A stretch of 64,000 nt of DNA from Sumerlaeia bacterium. Lineage in GTDB: Bacteria > Sumerlaeota > Sumerlaeia > SLMS01 > JAHLLQ01. The notes under the pieces were generated by a model that did no database searches, was not told where the DNA came from, and saw nothing but the letters and a program-made list of their open reading frames with translations. The position numbers were made by a program, and so were the translations under genes. How positions within the stretch are numbered: the first letter of the stretch is position 1; the number at the start of each line of letters is the position of its first letter. Shown in pieces: positions 28,557 to 37,304 of the stretch. The DNA lies in contig JAVJSW010000046.1 in assembly GCA_040219255.1 (NCBI GenBank), forward strand, positions 96,001 through 160,000, given 5' to 3'.

Positions 28557-30119
28557 GTGCTCAATTCCCTTCCCGCCAGCCTACATTCCGCGACCCCTCA
28601 GTCAGGCGCAACGACGGACCTGTCGTTTGCGCCGCTCTTCCTTTTGGGCCAATCCACACTGACTCAGTTCTCCTCCGTCTTCGTTACCATCCTTCTCCTC
28701 GCGCTCGCCTGGTCATTCGCATATAACGTCAAGCTGAAGCGACGCCTCTGGTTCGCCAACTACCTGATCCAGAACCGCGATCGCGAACGCCAGACCGTCT
28801 TCACTTTTCTCAACGAACTCGGCGAACGCATCACCCGGCGCTTCGACATCGACGAAACCCTGGAACTCGTCGTCGATTTCTGCATGAACGCCACCCGGGC
28901 CGACGCCGGCGCGATCTTTATCCGCGATGACGACGACCCCGATCTGCTGCAAGCCCGCGTCGTTCAGGGTCTCTTTCCGCCGCTGCATGAGACCAAGCTG
29001 GACAAACTCGCTTCGAAGCGCCGCTTCCTGGTCGAGAAAATCAAGAAGGACAAACTCAAAATCGGCGAAGGCATCATCGGCTACGTCGCCAAAAACGCCG
29101 AAGCGATCCTGATTCCGGACGCCTCCTTGGACGCGCGCGTCCCCCAGAGCGCCGGGGAAATCGTCCCTCTGGAAGGCCTCATCCTCTCGCCCCTCGTCGT
29201 GCGCGGCACCGTTCTTGGCGTTCTCGTGCTGGTCAACAAGCGCGCCGAGGGCCAGACCTTCAACGAGTCCGATCGCGACCTGGTCACCGCCCTCGCCGAT
29301 CAGGCGGCGGTCATGCTCGAAACCGTGCGGCTCTACGAGGAACTCGCCAACAAGCAACGCATCGAGCAGGAACTCAAACTCGCCCACGACTTCCAGAAAC
29401 TCCTCCTGCCCCGCGAAGTCCCCAACTTCCCCTCCATCGCCATCGCCGGCTTCAGCCAGCCCGCCCTGGAAGTGGGCGGCGATTACTTCGATTTCATCCC
29501 GGTGGACGAGGGCCATGTGGGAATCGTCATCGCCGACGTCTCGGGCAAGGGCATGCCCGGCGCCCTGGTCATGGCCACCCTGCGAAGCACCATGCGCGCC
29601 GAGGCCCCAGGCGACCTCTCGCCCAAGGCCGTTCTCTCCCGCGTCAACGAACACATCCTCCGCGACACCAAGGAAAGCGTCTTCATCACCGTCACCTACG
29701 GAATCCTGGACCTCGAAACGGGAGCCTTCCGCTTCGTTCGCGCCGGCCACGAACCCGTCGTTTGCTGCGAACATTGCCTGGATGGGAAATCAGCGGAGTT
29801 GACGCTCCACTCGCCCAATGGCATTGTCGTCGGACTGGTGGGGGGAGACTCCTTCGGGATCACCGAAGAGCAGGAAATCGACCTCTCGCAGTGCGGACTG
29901 ACCGTCCTGTATACCGATGGAGCGACAGAGGCCATGAATTCCGACCGCGAAGAGTATGGCGAAGACCGCTTCCACGACGTCGTCCGCCAGAGCTCCATGG
30001 CGGCCCCGCAGGCTTTGATCGAACGAATCATGGACGACATTTCGGATTTCACTGGCGGAATCCCGCAACATGATGACATTACGCTTGTGGTGCTCAGGTG
30101 GAGGCGCCAGGATGGTTAA
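28557..30119 (+). CDS. Membrane-anchored GAF + PP2C (SpoIIE/RsbU-type) phosphatase
   Basis: N-terminal TM, GAF (GEGIIGYV, GVLVLVNK, F...D), EVGGDYFD, IADVSGKG, YTDG.TEA, HDDIT. Confidence 0.92.
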   Translation: MLNSLPASLHSATPQSGATTDLSFAPLFLLGQSTLTQFSSVFVTILLLALAWSFAYNVKLKRRLWFANYLIQNRDRERQTVFTFLNELGERITRRFDIDETLELVVDFCMNATRADAGAIFIRDDDDPDLLQARVVQGLFPPLHETKLDKLASKRRFLVEKIKKDKLKIGEGIIGYVAKNAEAILIPDASLDARVPQSAGEIVPLEGLILSPLVVRGTVLGVLVLVNKRAEGQTFNESDRDLVTALADQAAVMLETVRLYEELANKQRIEQELKLAHDFQKLLLPREVPNFPSIAIAGFSQPALEVGGDYFDFIPVDEGHVGIVIADVSGKGMPGALVMATLRSTMRAEAPGDLSPKAVLSRVNEHILRDTKESVFITVTYGILDLETGAFRFVRAGHEPVVCCEHCLDGKSAELTLHSPNGIVVGLVGGDSFGITEEQEIDLSQCGLTVLYTDGATEAMNSDREEYGEDRFHDVVRQSSMAAPQALIERIMDDISDFTGGIPQHDDITLVVLRWRRQDG

Positions 30120-30209
30120 GTGTCCTAGACTCCGCCCCAACCCGAGTGAATCATCCCTGAACCTCAGCGCCTCCCGGGGCGCTTCCGTAGAAAATCAAAG
30201 GAGACGGTT

Positions 30210-30581
30210 GTGAAGAACTACGACCTCACTATCCACCCCGCTGATTCCTCTCACAGCTTCCGTCGGGTCGATGTGATTGGCTGCCTCGACAGCCATACGG
30301 TGGTGGGATTTGAAAAATCCCTTCACAACCTGCTGGACGAAGGCGTCACACGCCTTCTCATCGACCTGTCCGAACTCAGCTACATCTCCTCCGCCGGCAT
30401 CAGTGCCCTCATGGGTCTGACTCATCGCCTTCGCAAGAACAACGGCGACCTGGTCCTTCTCAAACCCACGGAAAAAGTGCATCGCGTTTTCCGCACCCTC
30501 GGCTTCACCAACATCTTCAAAATCGTCGAAGACGAAAATGAAGTGGAAGCCTCCTTCACCGGAACCGGGTCCGAGTCCTGA
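30210..30581 (+). CDS. Anti-sigma factor antagonist (STAS, RsbV/SpoIIAA-like)
   Basis: G.LD, IDLSELSYISSAGI with conserved phosphoacceptor Ser; GGAG RBS. Confidence 0.93.
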   Translation: MKNYDLTIHPADSSHSFRRVDVIGCLDSHTVVGFEKSLHNLLDEGVTRLLIDLSELSYISSAGISALMGLTHRLRKNNGDLVLLKPTEKVHRVFRTLGFTNIFKIVEDENEVEASFTGTGSES

Positions 30582-30653
30582 CCCCACCCTCGCCGCGAAT
30601 TTTCGGCTCCTGCCGCCACGGTCCGCGTCCCCTTGATTTCCCTGATCGCCTCC

Positions 30654-31181
30654 ATGCACAACCTCGATCTGGAAATCCGTTCCACTATTGAGCCCCACGT
30701 CCTTGGCGTGCTCCGGGCCATGGTCACTTCTGTCTCCACCCAGGCCGGCTTCGACGAAGAAGCCGTCGCTCAGATCGAAATGGCCGTCGACGAAGCCTGC
30801 GCCAACGTCGTCCGCCATGCCTATAAGCACCTTGGCTATTCCTCCGACTTCGCTGGCGAGGAGCAATGTGACGCCGCACTGCCCCGCCTCTTCAATCCAC
30901 AAGACGAATCGGACGTTCACCTCACCTTGCAAATCTGCGTCGATGAAGAAGCGATCTGCTTCCGCATCATCGACTCCGGCGCCGGACTCGAAAGTCACAC
31001 CCACTCCCGCATGGGCGTCGAGAGCCTGGAAGAATACATCGAAAAGGGCGGCACCGGTGGCCTCGGCAGTCTCATCATCCGAAACTTTATGGACAAAGTG
31101 GAGTACGACACCGCTCCCAACGGCGGCACCATCCTCACGATGACCAAGTACCGCCAGCGGACCACCGCCTCCTCCACATGA
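30654..31181 (+). CDS. Anti-sigma factor / Ser kinase (RsbW/SpoIIAB-like HATPase)
   Basis: AVDEACANVVRHAY, D.G.G, GGLG..II..FMDKVEY. Confidence 0.92.
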   Translation: MHNLDLEIRSTIEPHVLGVLRAMVTSVSTQAGFDEEAVAQIEMAVDEACANVVRHAYKHLGYSSDFAGEEQCDAALPRLFNPQDESDVHLTLQICVDEEAICFRIIDSGAGLESHTHSRMGVESLEEYIEKGGTGGLGSLIIRNFMDKVEYDTAPNGGTILTMTKYRQRTTASST

Positions 31182-32662
31182 CCGGAGAAAACCACCTCGC
31201 TCCGCACCGGGTCGAGCGCCTCATGGCGCAAATCCGTTGGATCACCCGCATCTCCGTCGCCCTCACGTCCACGGTCCATGTCGAGGACGTCTACTCCGTT
31301 CTCATCTCCGGCCTCATCTCGCCCCTCGGCATGGGCTTCTCCCACGTCAGCCTCTTCGAGATTGGCGCCATCGACCAGATCGCCACCGGCAAGTACTCCC
31401 TCGGCATCGACTCGCCCGAGGAAGCGGAAGAATTGCGCGCCGAACTCCTCGACGAAATGGACTTCATCGAGCGGCGCCGCGAGGAACTCTACTCCCGATC
31501 CCCCGATCCGGAAGTCGAGCAGGAGCTGCGCACCCTCGAACTCGGCGCCCAATGGGTCACCCTCTTCCAACGCCTGGGACCCGACAACCCCCGCACCCAA
31601 GAAATCTCGCGCCTCTCCTTCAGCATCGTCCCCGATCCCGGTTTGCCCCTCGACCTGTTTCAGCAGGCCTCCGTCAGCAAAGCCCCCTTCGCCCTCACCA
31701 AATCCAAGGACCTGGACCGAATCCCCGACGAACTGCTCGAGTTCCTTCCCGAACACTTCGCCATCGTTCCCCTCCGCACCAGCCAAGGGCTCCAAGCCCT
31801 TCTTATCGTGGACATGCGATGGAAAGACGAACCCATCGACGAGCAGGTCCTCGAAGCCTTCGACTGGTTCGGCACCCAGGGCGCGCTCGCCATCCAAAAC
31901 GCCCGCCTCATCGAAGACCTCGAAAAAGCCTACAACGAACTCAAAACCGTCGATCAGCTGAAATCCAATTTCCTCAGCATCGTCAGCCACGAACTGCGCA
32001 CACCGCTCACCGCCATCACGGGATTCGTCGAGCTTGTCCTGGGCGAAAAGGCCGGCGCCGTCAACGATGCCCAGCGCAACCTTCTCGGCCGCGTCGCCAA
32101 GAACACCGGTCACCTCAACAACATGGTCAACGACCTGATCGAAATCGCGGAGATCGAAGCCGAAGGCCTCCACGACGTCCAAATGGAAGCGGTCGATCCT
32201 CTCGACACCTTGTTCAAAACCATCCCCAAACTCGAGTATCGCCGCCGGGACAAAAAAGTCCATGTCGATCCGATTTTCGACGACATCGTGCCCCACATCC
32301 TCACGGACGCGCGCGCCCTCGAACGCATCTATTTTCATCTCCTCGACAACGCGGTGAAGTTCTCCGAGAGCACCGACCAGGTCGTCGTGCGCTTCGAACG
32401 CCGGGGCCAAAACCATCTGTCCATTTCCATCGAAGACCAGGGCGTGGGTATCCCCGCCGACAAGCTCCAGCGCATCTTCGAGCAGTTCTATCAGATCGAA
32501 AACAGCCTGACCCGCTCGCGCGAGGGCCTTGGGCTGGGACTTGCCGTGACCCGCATGCTCGTGCAAGCCACCCGCGGCGAGATCGAGGTGGAGAGCACCG
32601 TGGACAAAGGCTCGACTTTCCGCCTGATCTATCCGATCGCGCCGAATTCCTATTCCGTTTAA
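31178..32662 (+). CDS. Cytoplasmic GAF-domain sensor histidine kinase
   Basis: SHELRTPLT H-box, LLDNAVKF N-box, DQGVGI, GLGLGL; ATGA overlap with upstream gene. Confidence 0.93.
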   Translation: MTGENHLAPHRVERLMAQIRWITRISVALTSTVHVEDVYSVLISGLISPLGMGFSHVSLFEIGAIDQIATGKYSLGIDSPEEAEELRAELLDEMDFIERRREELYSRSPDPEVEQELRTLELGAQWVTLFQRLGPDNPRTQEISRLSFSIVPDPGLPLDLFQQASVSKAPFALTKSKDLDRIPDELLEFLPEHFAIVPLRTSQGLQALLIVDMRWKDEPIDEQVLEAFDWFGTQGALAIQNARLIEDLEKAYNELKTVDQLKSNFLSIVSHELRTPLTAITGFVELVLGEKAGAVNDAQRNLLGRVAKNTGHLNNMVNDLIEIAEIEAEGLHDVQMEAVDPLDTLFKTIPKLEYRRRDKKVHVDPIFDDIVPHILTDARALERIYFHLLDNAVKFSESTDQVVVRFERRGQNHLSISIEDQGVGIPADKLQRIFEQFYQIENSLTRSREGLGLGLAVTRMLVQATRGEIEVESTVDKGSTFRLIYPIAPNSYSV

Positions 32663-32667
32663 AGAAC

Positions 32668-32694
32668 GTGGCACGGGCGTCGCCGCCCGTGCCA
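32668..32694. repeat. REP-like GC-rich hairpin between convergent genes (possible bidirectional terminator)
   Basis: Perfect 11-bp stem TGGCACGGGCG-tcgc-CGCCCGTGCCA. Confidence 0.6.
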
Positions 32695-32726
32695 AACAGA
32701 GATTGTTGGGCTTCTAAGAAAAAGCC

Positions 32727-33725
32727 CTAGATGCTGACCGCGCTTGAATCGCCGATGTTGATCGATTGCGGGTGACCTTCCACCTGGGCTTTGTCGCCGA
32801 TCAGCGAGTTGTCCAGGAAGACGTTCTTCAACTGAGCCTCCGCCCCCACAATCGTGTCCCTCAGGATCGAGCCCTTCACCGAAGTGTTCTCTCCGAGGAC
32901 GGCGTAAGGTCCAACCACCGAGTCCTTGATCGCGCAGCCCTTGGCGATGAACACCGGGGGCACGATGACACTGTCGGGGTATTTGGCCTGATAGGACTTC
33001 TGCTGCTCGGCGGGGGAGAGATCGAGCAGCGTGCGGTTCGTTTCGAACAGCGTCTCCGGCTTGCCGCAATCCAGCCAGCCGTCGATCTGAAACGGCTTCA
33101 TCACGTGACCCCGCTCCAGCATCCCGGCCAGCGCGTCGGTCAGTTGGAATTCGCCCTTGGTGCGCTTGCCCGATTCCATCAAACTGTCCAGTTCGGAAAA
33201 GAGCAGCGCCGGGTCGTTGATCTTGTAGACGCCGACGATGGCTTCGTTGCTGGGCGGATTCTCCAACTTCTCGTGCATCGCGACGATACGGCCCGATTTG
33301 TCCGTTTCCACCACGCCAAAACGCCGCGGATCTTCCACCGCCTTCACGCCGATAGCCGTGTCGGGGGTCGAGAAAAGCGCCTTGAAATCAGCCTGGAGGA
33401 TCGTGTCGCCCAGGATGATCAGCAAGTCGTCGTCGTCCTTGTGAATCGATTTTCCGAGGCTGATGGCATGACCGAGGCCGAGCATCTGGGGTTGGGGGAC
33501 GCAGTTGATCTCGATGTTCGAGTACTTCTTGCGGGCGTGTTCTTCGATCACATCGCCCAGATAACCCACAATCAGAGTTACGCCCGTAATGCCCGCTTCC
33601 ACCAGCGAGTCGATGATGTGATCGAGCATCGGCTTGCCCGCCACGTTCATCAGAACCTTGGGCACGGTGTAGGTGTGGGGGCGCATCCGGCTGCCGAATC
33701 CGGCGACTGGGATAATGGCTCTCAT
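32727..33725 (-). CDS. Sugar-1-phosphate nucleotidyltransferase (glucose-1-P thymidylyltransferase-like) with beta-helix tail
   Basis: AG.GSRMRP.T...PK, Q...LGLGHA, LGD, GE.QLTDA, WLDCGKPE, hexapeptide repeats. Confidence 0.9.
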   Translation of the reverse strand: MRAIIPVAGFGSRMRPHTYTVPKVLMNVAGKPMLDHIIDSLVEAGITGVTLIVGYLGDVIEEHARKKYSNIEINCVPQPQMLGLGHAISLGKSIHKDDDDLLIILGDTILQADFKALFSTPDTAIGVKAVEDPRRFGVVETDKSGRIVAMHEKLENPPSNEAIVGVYKINDPALLFSELDSLMESGKRTKGEFQLTDALAGMLERGHVMKPFQIDGWLDCGKPETLFETNRTLLDLSPAEQQKSYQAKYPDSVIVPPVFIAKGCAIKDSVVGPYAVLGENTSVKGSILRDTIVGAEAQLKNVFLDNSLIGDKAQVEGHPQSINIGDSSAVSI

Positions 33726-33776
33726 GCGATATGTTCCTTAAGTATCGGGATGGACTGGCGATAACTCTCCCGCGCG

Positions 33777-35048
33777 TCAGCCTTCCGCCGCGCGCATCGG
33801 GAAGCCGCTGGCCAACTCCTCCACTTGGGCGCGCACCTGGGCAACCACGGATTTGTCACCCGTGTTTTTCACCACCTCGGCAATCCACTTTCCGATGGTG
33901 CGCATTTCCGCCTCGCCCATGCCGCGGCTCGTCAGCGCCGGCGTCCCGATCCGAATGCCGCTGCACTCGGTCGGCTTGCGCTTATCATAGGGAATCATGT
34001 TCATGTTGATCGTGATGCCCGCTTCCTCCAGCGCATCGCTCGCGGCCTTGCCAGTCACGTCTCCCAGCGGCGTCAAGTCCACCAGAATCAAGTGTGTATC
34101 CGTTCCGCCAGAGACCAGTCGCATGCCGTTCTCGACCATCACCTCGCCCAGAGTTTTCGCGTTGGCGATGACCTGCTTCGAGTAGGTCTGGAAGCTGGGG
34201 CGCTGGGCCTCGCCAAAGGCCACCGCCTTGGCCAGCACGATGTGCATCAGCGGTCCGCCCTGCAAACCCGGGAACACGCACCGGTTAAGGTCTTTAGCGA
34301 ATTTTTCGTTCGCCAGGATCAAACCGCCCCGCGGACCCCGCAGCGCCTTGTGCGTCGTCGTCGTGCAAATGTCGCTGTAGGGCATCGGGTTCGGGATGGC
34401 CTTGCCCGCCACCAGGCCGCTGAAGTGCGCCATGTCCACCAGCAGCACGGCGCCGATTTCGTCGGCGATCTCGCGGAACTTCGCGTAATCGATGAGCCGC
34501 GGATAGGCACTGCCGCCGGTGATGATCATCTTCGGCTTATGCTCCTTCGCCAGCGAACGAACCTGATCGAAATCGATCTCCTCCGTGTCCTCGCGCACGC
34601 CGTACTGGACGATGTTGTAGATCTTGCCCGCCATGTTCACCTTATGGCCGTGCGACAAGTGACCGCCGTGCGCCAGCGCCAGGCTCAGCACCGTGTCGCC
34701 CGGGTCGCACACCGCCATGAAAACCGCCTGATTCGCCGTCGTCCCGCTGTGGGGTTGGCTGTTGGCATATTCGGCGTCGAACAGAGCCTTCGCGCGCTCG
34801 TTGGCGATCGTCTCCACCGCATCGTACTCGGCGCAGCCATGGTAGTAGCGCTTACCCGGATAACCCTCCGCGTACTTGTTCGTGAACACCGAACCGGCCG
34901 CCTCGCGCACGGCGTCACTCGCGATGTTCTCGCTGGCGATCATTTCGAGGGTCGTCAATTGACGGTGCCGCTCCGCTTCGATGTGGCGGAACAGGTCCGG
35001 ATCCTGGGTGGCGATGGCGCTGCTGGTGGGGGCTTCGGCAAGAGTCAT
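33777..35048 (-). CDS. glyA: Serine hydroxymethyltransferase
   Basis: [55 protein letters not shown]. Confidence 0.98.
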   Translation of the reverse strand: MTLAEAPTSSAIATQDPDLFRHIEAERHRQLTTLEMIASENIASDAVREAAGSVFTNKYAEGYPGKRYYHGCAEYDAVETIANERAKALFDAEYANSQPHSGTTANQAVFMAVCDPGDTVLSLALAHGGHLSHGHKVNMAGKIYNIVQYGVREDTEEIDFDQVRSLAKEHKPKMIITGGSAYPRLIDYAKFREIADEIGAVLLVDMAHFSGLVAGKAIPNPMPYSDICTTTTHKALRGPRGGLILANEKFAKDLNRCVFPGLQGGPLMHIVLAKAVAFGEAQRPSFQTYSKQVIANAKTLGEVMVENGMRLVSGGTDTHLILVDLTPLGDVTGKAASDALEEAGITINMNMIPYDKRKPTECSGIRIGTPALTSRGMGEAEMRTIGKWIAEVVKNTGDKSVVAQVRAQVEELASGFPMRAAEG

Positions 35049-35128
35049 GGAGGTCGTGTCCTTCTCTTCGAGTGAATAGGTGCGGCAGTTTGGAAAGCGG
35101 AGCGGCCCTCGCCGCTCAACTCATTTCA

Positions 35129-35163
35129 ACATATCATGATATGTGTCGAACGAGGCAAGTCAA
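35129..35163 (-). promoter_or_regulatory. Putative glyA promoter with overlapping 16-bp palindromic operator
   Basis: Minus strand TTGACT (35163-35158)-N16-TATCAT (35141-35136); perfect palindrome ACATATCATGATATGT at 35129-35144. Confidence 0.6.
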
Positions 35164-35218
35164 ATCCTCGGTCCCGGGCAGTCAGCCCCATCGGCGGCGG
35201 CGGTTCAAAGGAAAAGAA

Positions 35219-35381
35219 TTCACCGCGGAGGCGCGGAGGGCGCTGAGAAGTTCAAGAGCCCCAAATTTCAATTGATCGACAGGTGAATCGCTAGCTCAGA
35301 GGCTCAAACTCTCTTCTCGCGCCAAACCAACAGCAACAGAACCCAGCGAATCCTCTGCGTCCCCTTCGCCTCTGCGGTGAA
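35219..35381. repeat. ORF-less element bounded by ~34-bp imperfect inverted repeats
   Basis: TTCACCGCGGAGGCGCGGAGGGCGCTGAGAAGTTC ... GAATCCTCTGCGTCCCCTTCGCCTCTGCGGTGAA. Confidence 0.65.
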
Positions 35382-35542
35382 ACCTGAATCCCGGCCCCCC
35401 CGAGAAAAAACCGCTTTCTCTATGTCTCGCGCCAGCGGCGATTTTCCCCTCGCGTCCCATGCGAGGGGGCTGTTTGCGTTCCTACGTCCGAATCAGTTCG
35501 GTCCTCTAGACTCTAGTCATTCGAAACGCGTAGGGAACGATT

Positions 35543-36511
35543 ATGCCTCGTACACTCGTCACCGGCGGTGCGGGATTTCTTGGAAGCCATCTTTGCGAGC
35601 GTCTGCTCGGGATGGACCACGAAGTCCTGTGCATGGACAACCTCTCGACCGGAAAGACGGATAACATCGCTCATATCCGTGACGAGCGGTTTACCTTCAT
35701 CAAGCAGGATGTGACCAATTACATCTACGTCGACGGCCCCGTCGACTACATCCTGCACTTCGCCTCGCCGGCCAGCCCCATCGATTATCTCGAACGTCCC
35801 ATCCCGACCCTCAAGGTCGGCTCCCTGGGCACCCACAAGGCCCTCGGTCTCGCGAAGGAAAAAGGCGCCCGTCTGCTTCTCGCTTCCACCAGCGAAGTGT
35901 ACGGCGATCCCCTGGTTCACCCCCAAAAGGAAGACTACTGGGGAAACGTGAACCCCATCGGTCCCCGCGGCGTTTACGACGAAGCCAAGCGTTTCGCCGA
36001 GGCCATCACCATGGCCTATCAGACCTTCCACGGTCTGGAGACCCGCATCGTCCGCATTTTCAACACCTATGGCCCGCGCATGCGGCTTCATGATGGCCGC
36101 GTCGTCCCGACCTTCATCCGCCAGGCGCTCCTCAACGAGCCCATGACAGTCTTCGGCGACGGCTCACAGACCCGCAGCTTCTGTTTCGTGGACGATTTGG
36201 TGGAGGGCATACTGCGCCTGCTTTTCTCCGACGAGCCCCTGCCCGTCAACATCGGCAACCCCCGCGAAATGACGATTCTGCAGTTCGCAGAAGCTATCAA
36301 GGCCGCCACCGGTTCGACCGCCGATATCATCCACAAGCCTCTGCCGACGGATGACCCCAAGGTCCGCCAGCCCGACATCACCAAAGCCAAGCGCGTTCTC
36401 AACAACTGGGAGCCCAAGGTCACGCTTGATCAAGGTCTGGAAAAAACCATCGCCTACTTCCGCGACCGCCTCAACAAGTACCCGGAATTGGCCCTCGCCG
36501 AGAACGAGTAA
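35543..36511 (+). CDS. UDP-glucuronate decarboxylase (UDP-xylose synthase family, extended SDR)
   Basis: [62 protein letters not shown]. Confidence 0.93.
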   Translation: MPRTLVTGGAGFLGSHLCERLLGMDHEVLCMDNLSTGKTDNIAHIRDERFTFIKQDVTNYIYVDGPVDYILHFASPASPIDYLERPIPTLKVGSLGTHKALGLAKEKGARLLLASTSEVYGDPLVHPQKEDYWGNVNPIGPRGVYDEAKRFAEAITMAYQTFHGLETRIVRIFNTYGPRMRLHDGRVVPTFIRQALLNEPMTVFGDGSQTRSFCFVDDLVEGILRLLFSDEPLPVNIGNPREMTILQFAEAIKAATGSTADIIHKPLPTDDPKVRQPDITKAKRVLNNWEPKVTLDQGLEKTIAYFRDRLNKYPELALAENE

Positions 36512-36540
36512 GTCCATCGGTTTGCGCCAAACGATACACG

Positions 36541-36578
36541 CAAGAAGGCCGCTCTCGGTTTGAGAGCGGCCTTCTTGC
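36541..36578. terminator. Intrinsic (probably bidirectional) terminator
   Basis: CAAGAAGGCCGCTCTC-ggttt-GAGAGCGGCCTTCTTG between convergent genes. Confidence 0.8.
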
Positions 36579-36610
36579 TGTCGAGGGATCATCAGATCGG
36601 CGTTCGATCG

Positions 36611-37234
36611 TCAGGCAGGGGCGGCGCCTGAGATGTCCGGCTTCTCCTTCACCCCGAACAAGCCCCGGAAAACGGTCTTGGCCAGCTTCCAGAAGGTCAT
36701 CAGCACGAAGACGCAGAAAGTGACAAGCAGGCCCAGCAGAATGAAGAGGCCGATGGGGCTGATGGCGGCGACGACAGTTGTGGTCGTGGCGACGACGTCC
36801 TCGAAGAGGCTCGCGATGGGTCCGAGCACCGGCGACGTTCCGGTCGAATGCGCCGCCAGCCGCGTCGTCGCCTTGGTGGCGTGCGACGTCGTCGCCAGCG
36901 TCCCGCCGATCAGGCCGGACATGATCTGGAATTCCATCGGCACATCGCCCAGCGCCGTGGCCGCGATGATCACGCCCGCCGGGATGCGGATAAAGGTGTG
37001 AATCGCATCCCAGGTGGAATCCACCGCGGGGATCTTATCCGCGAAGAATTCGACAGTGTAGAGCCCGGCGGAAACGGCGAGAACGCCGCCGTGCTCAAGG
37101 ATCAGCAAATCCGCCGGCAGGTCGAAACCGGTCCAGCGGCTCAACGCGCCCAGCACGAATACGGTCGCGTAAAGGTTGATGCCCGCCGCGAAGCTGGCAC
37201 CCAGGGCAACGGATAGGGCGGCAAGAACGTCCAT
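36611..37234 (-). CDS. DUF4126-like membrane protein
   Basis: AAGINLYA, EFFADKIPAVDS.WD.IHTFIRIPAG, SL.ED motifs. Confidence 0.85.
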   Translation of the reverse strand: MDVLAALSVALGASFAAGINLYATVFVLGALSRWTGFDLPADLLILEHGGVLAVSAGLYTVEFFADKIPAVDSTWDAIHTFIRIPAGVIIAATALGDVPMEFQIMSGLIGGTLATTSHATKATTRLAAHSTGTSPVLGPIASLFEDVVATTTTVVAAISPIGLFILLGLLVTFCVFVLMTFWKLAKTVFRGLFGVKEKPDISGAAPA

Positions 37235-37304
37235 GTCTCTTGAGGTCGCCTCCTGTGAAGTGTCACAATTCGTACCTGACCTTGGCGGAGATATTCAATC
37301 CCTG

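Noticed and set aside
35049-35128. Riboswitch (glycine/ZTP/THF) in the glyA leader
   Set aside because: Leader is ~80 nt with a single simple hairpin; no recognisable aptamer consensus
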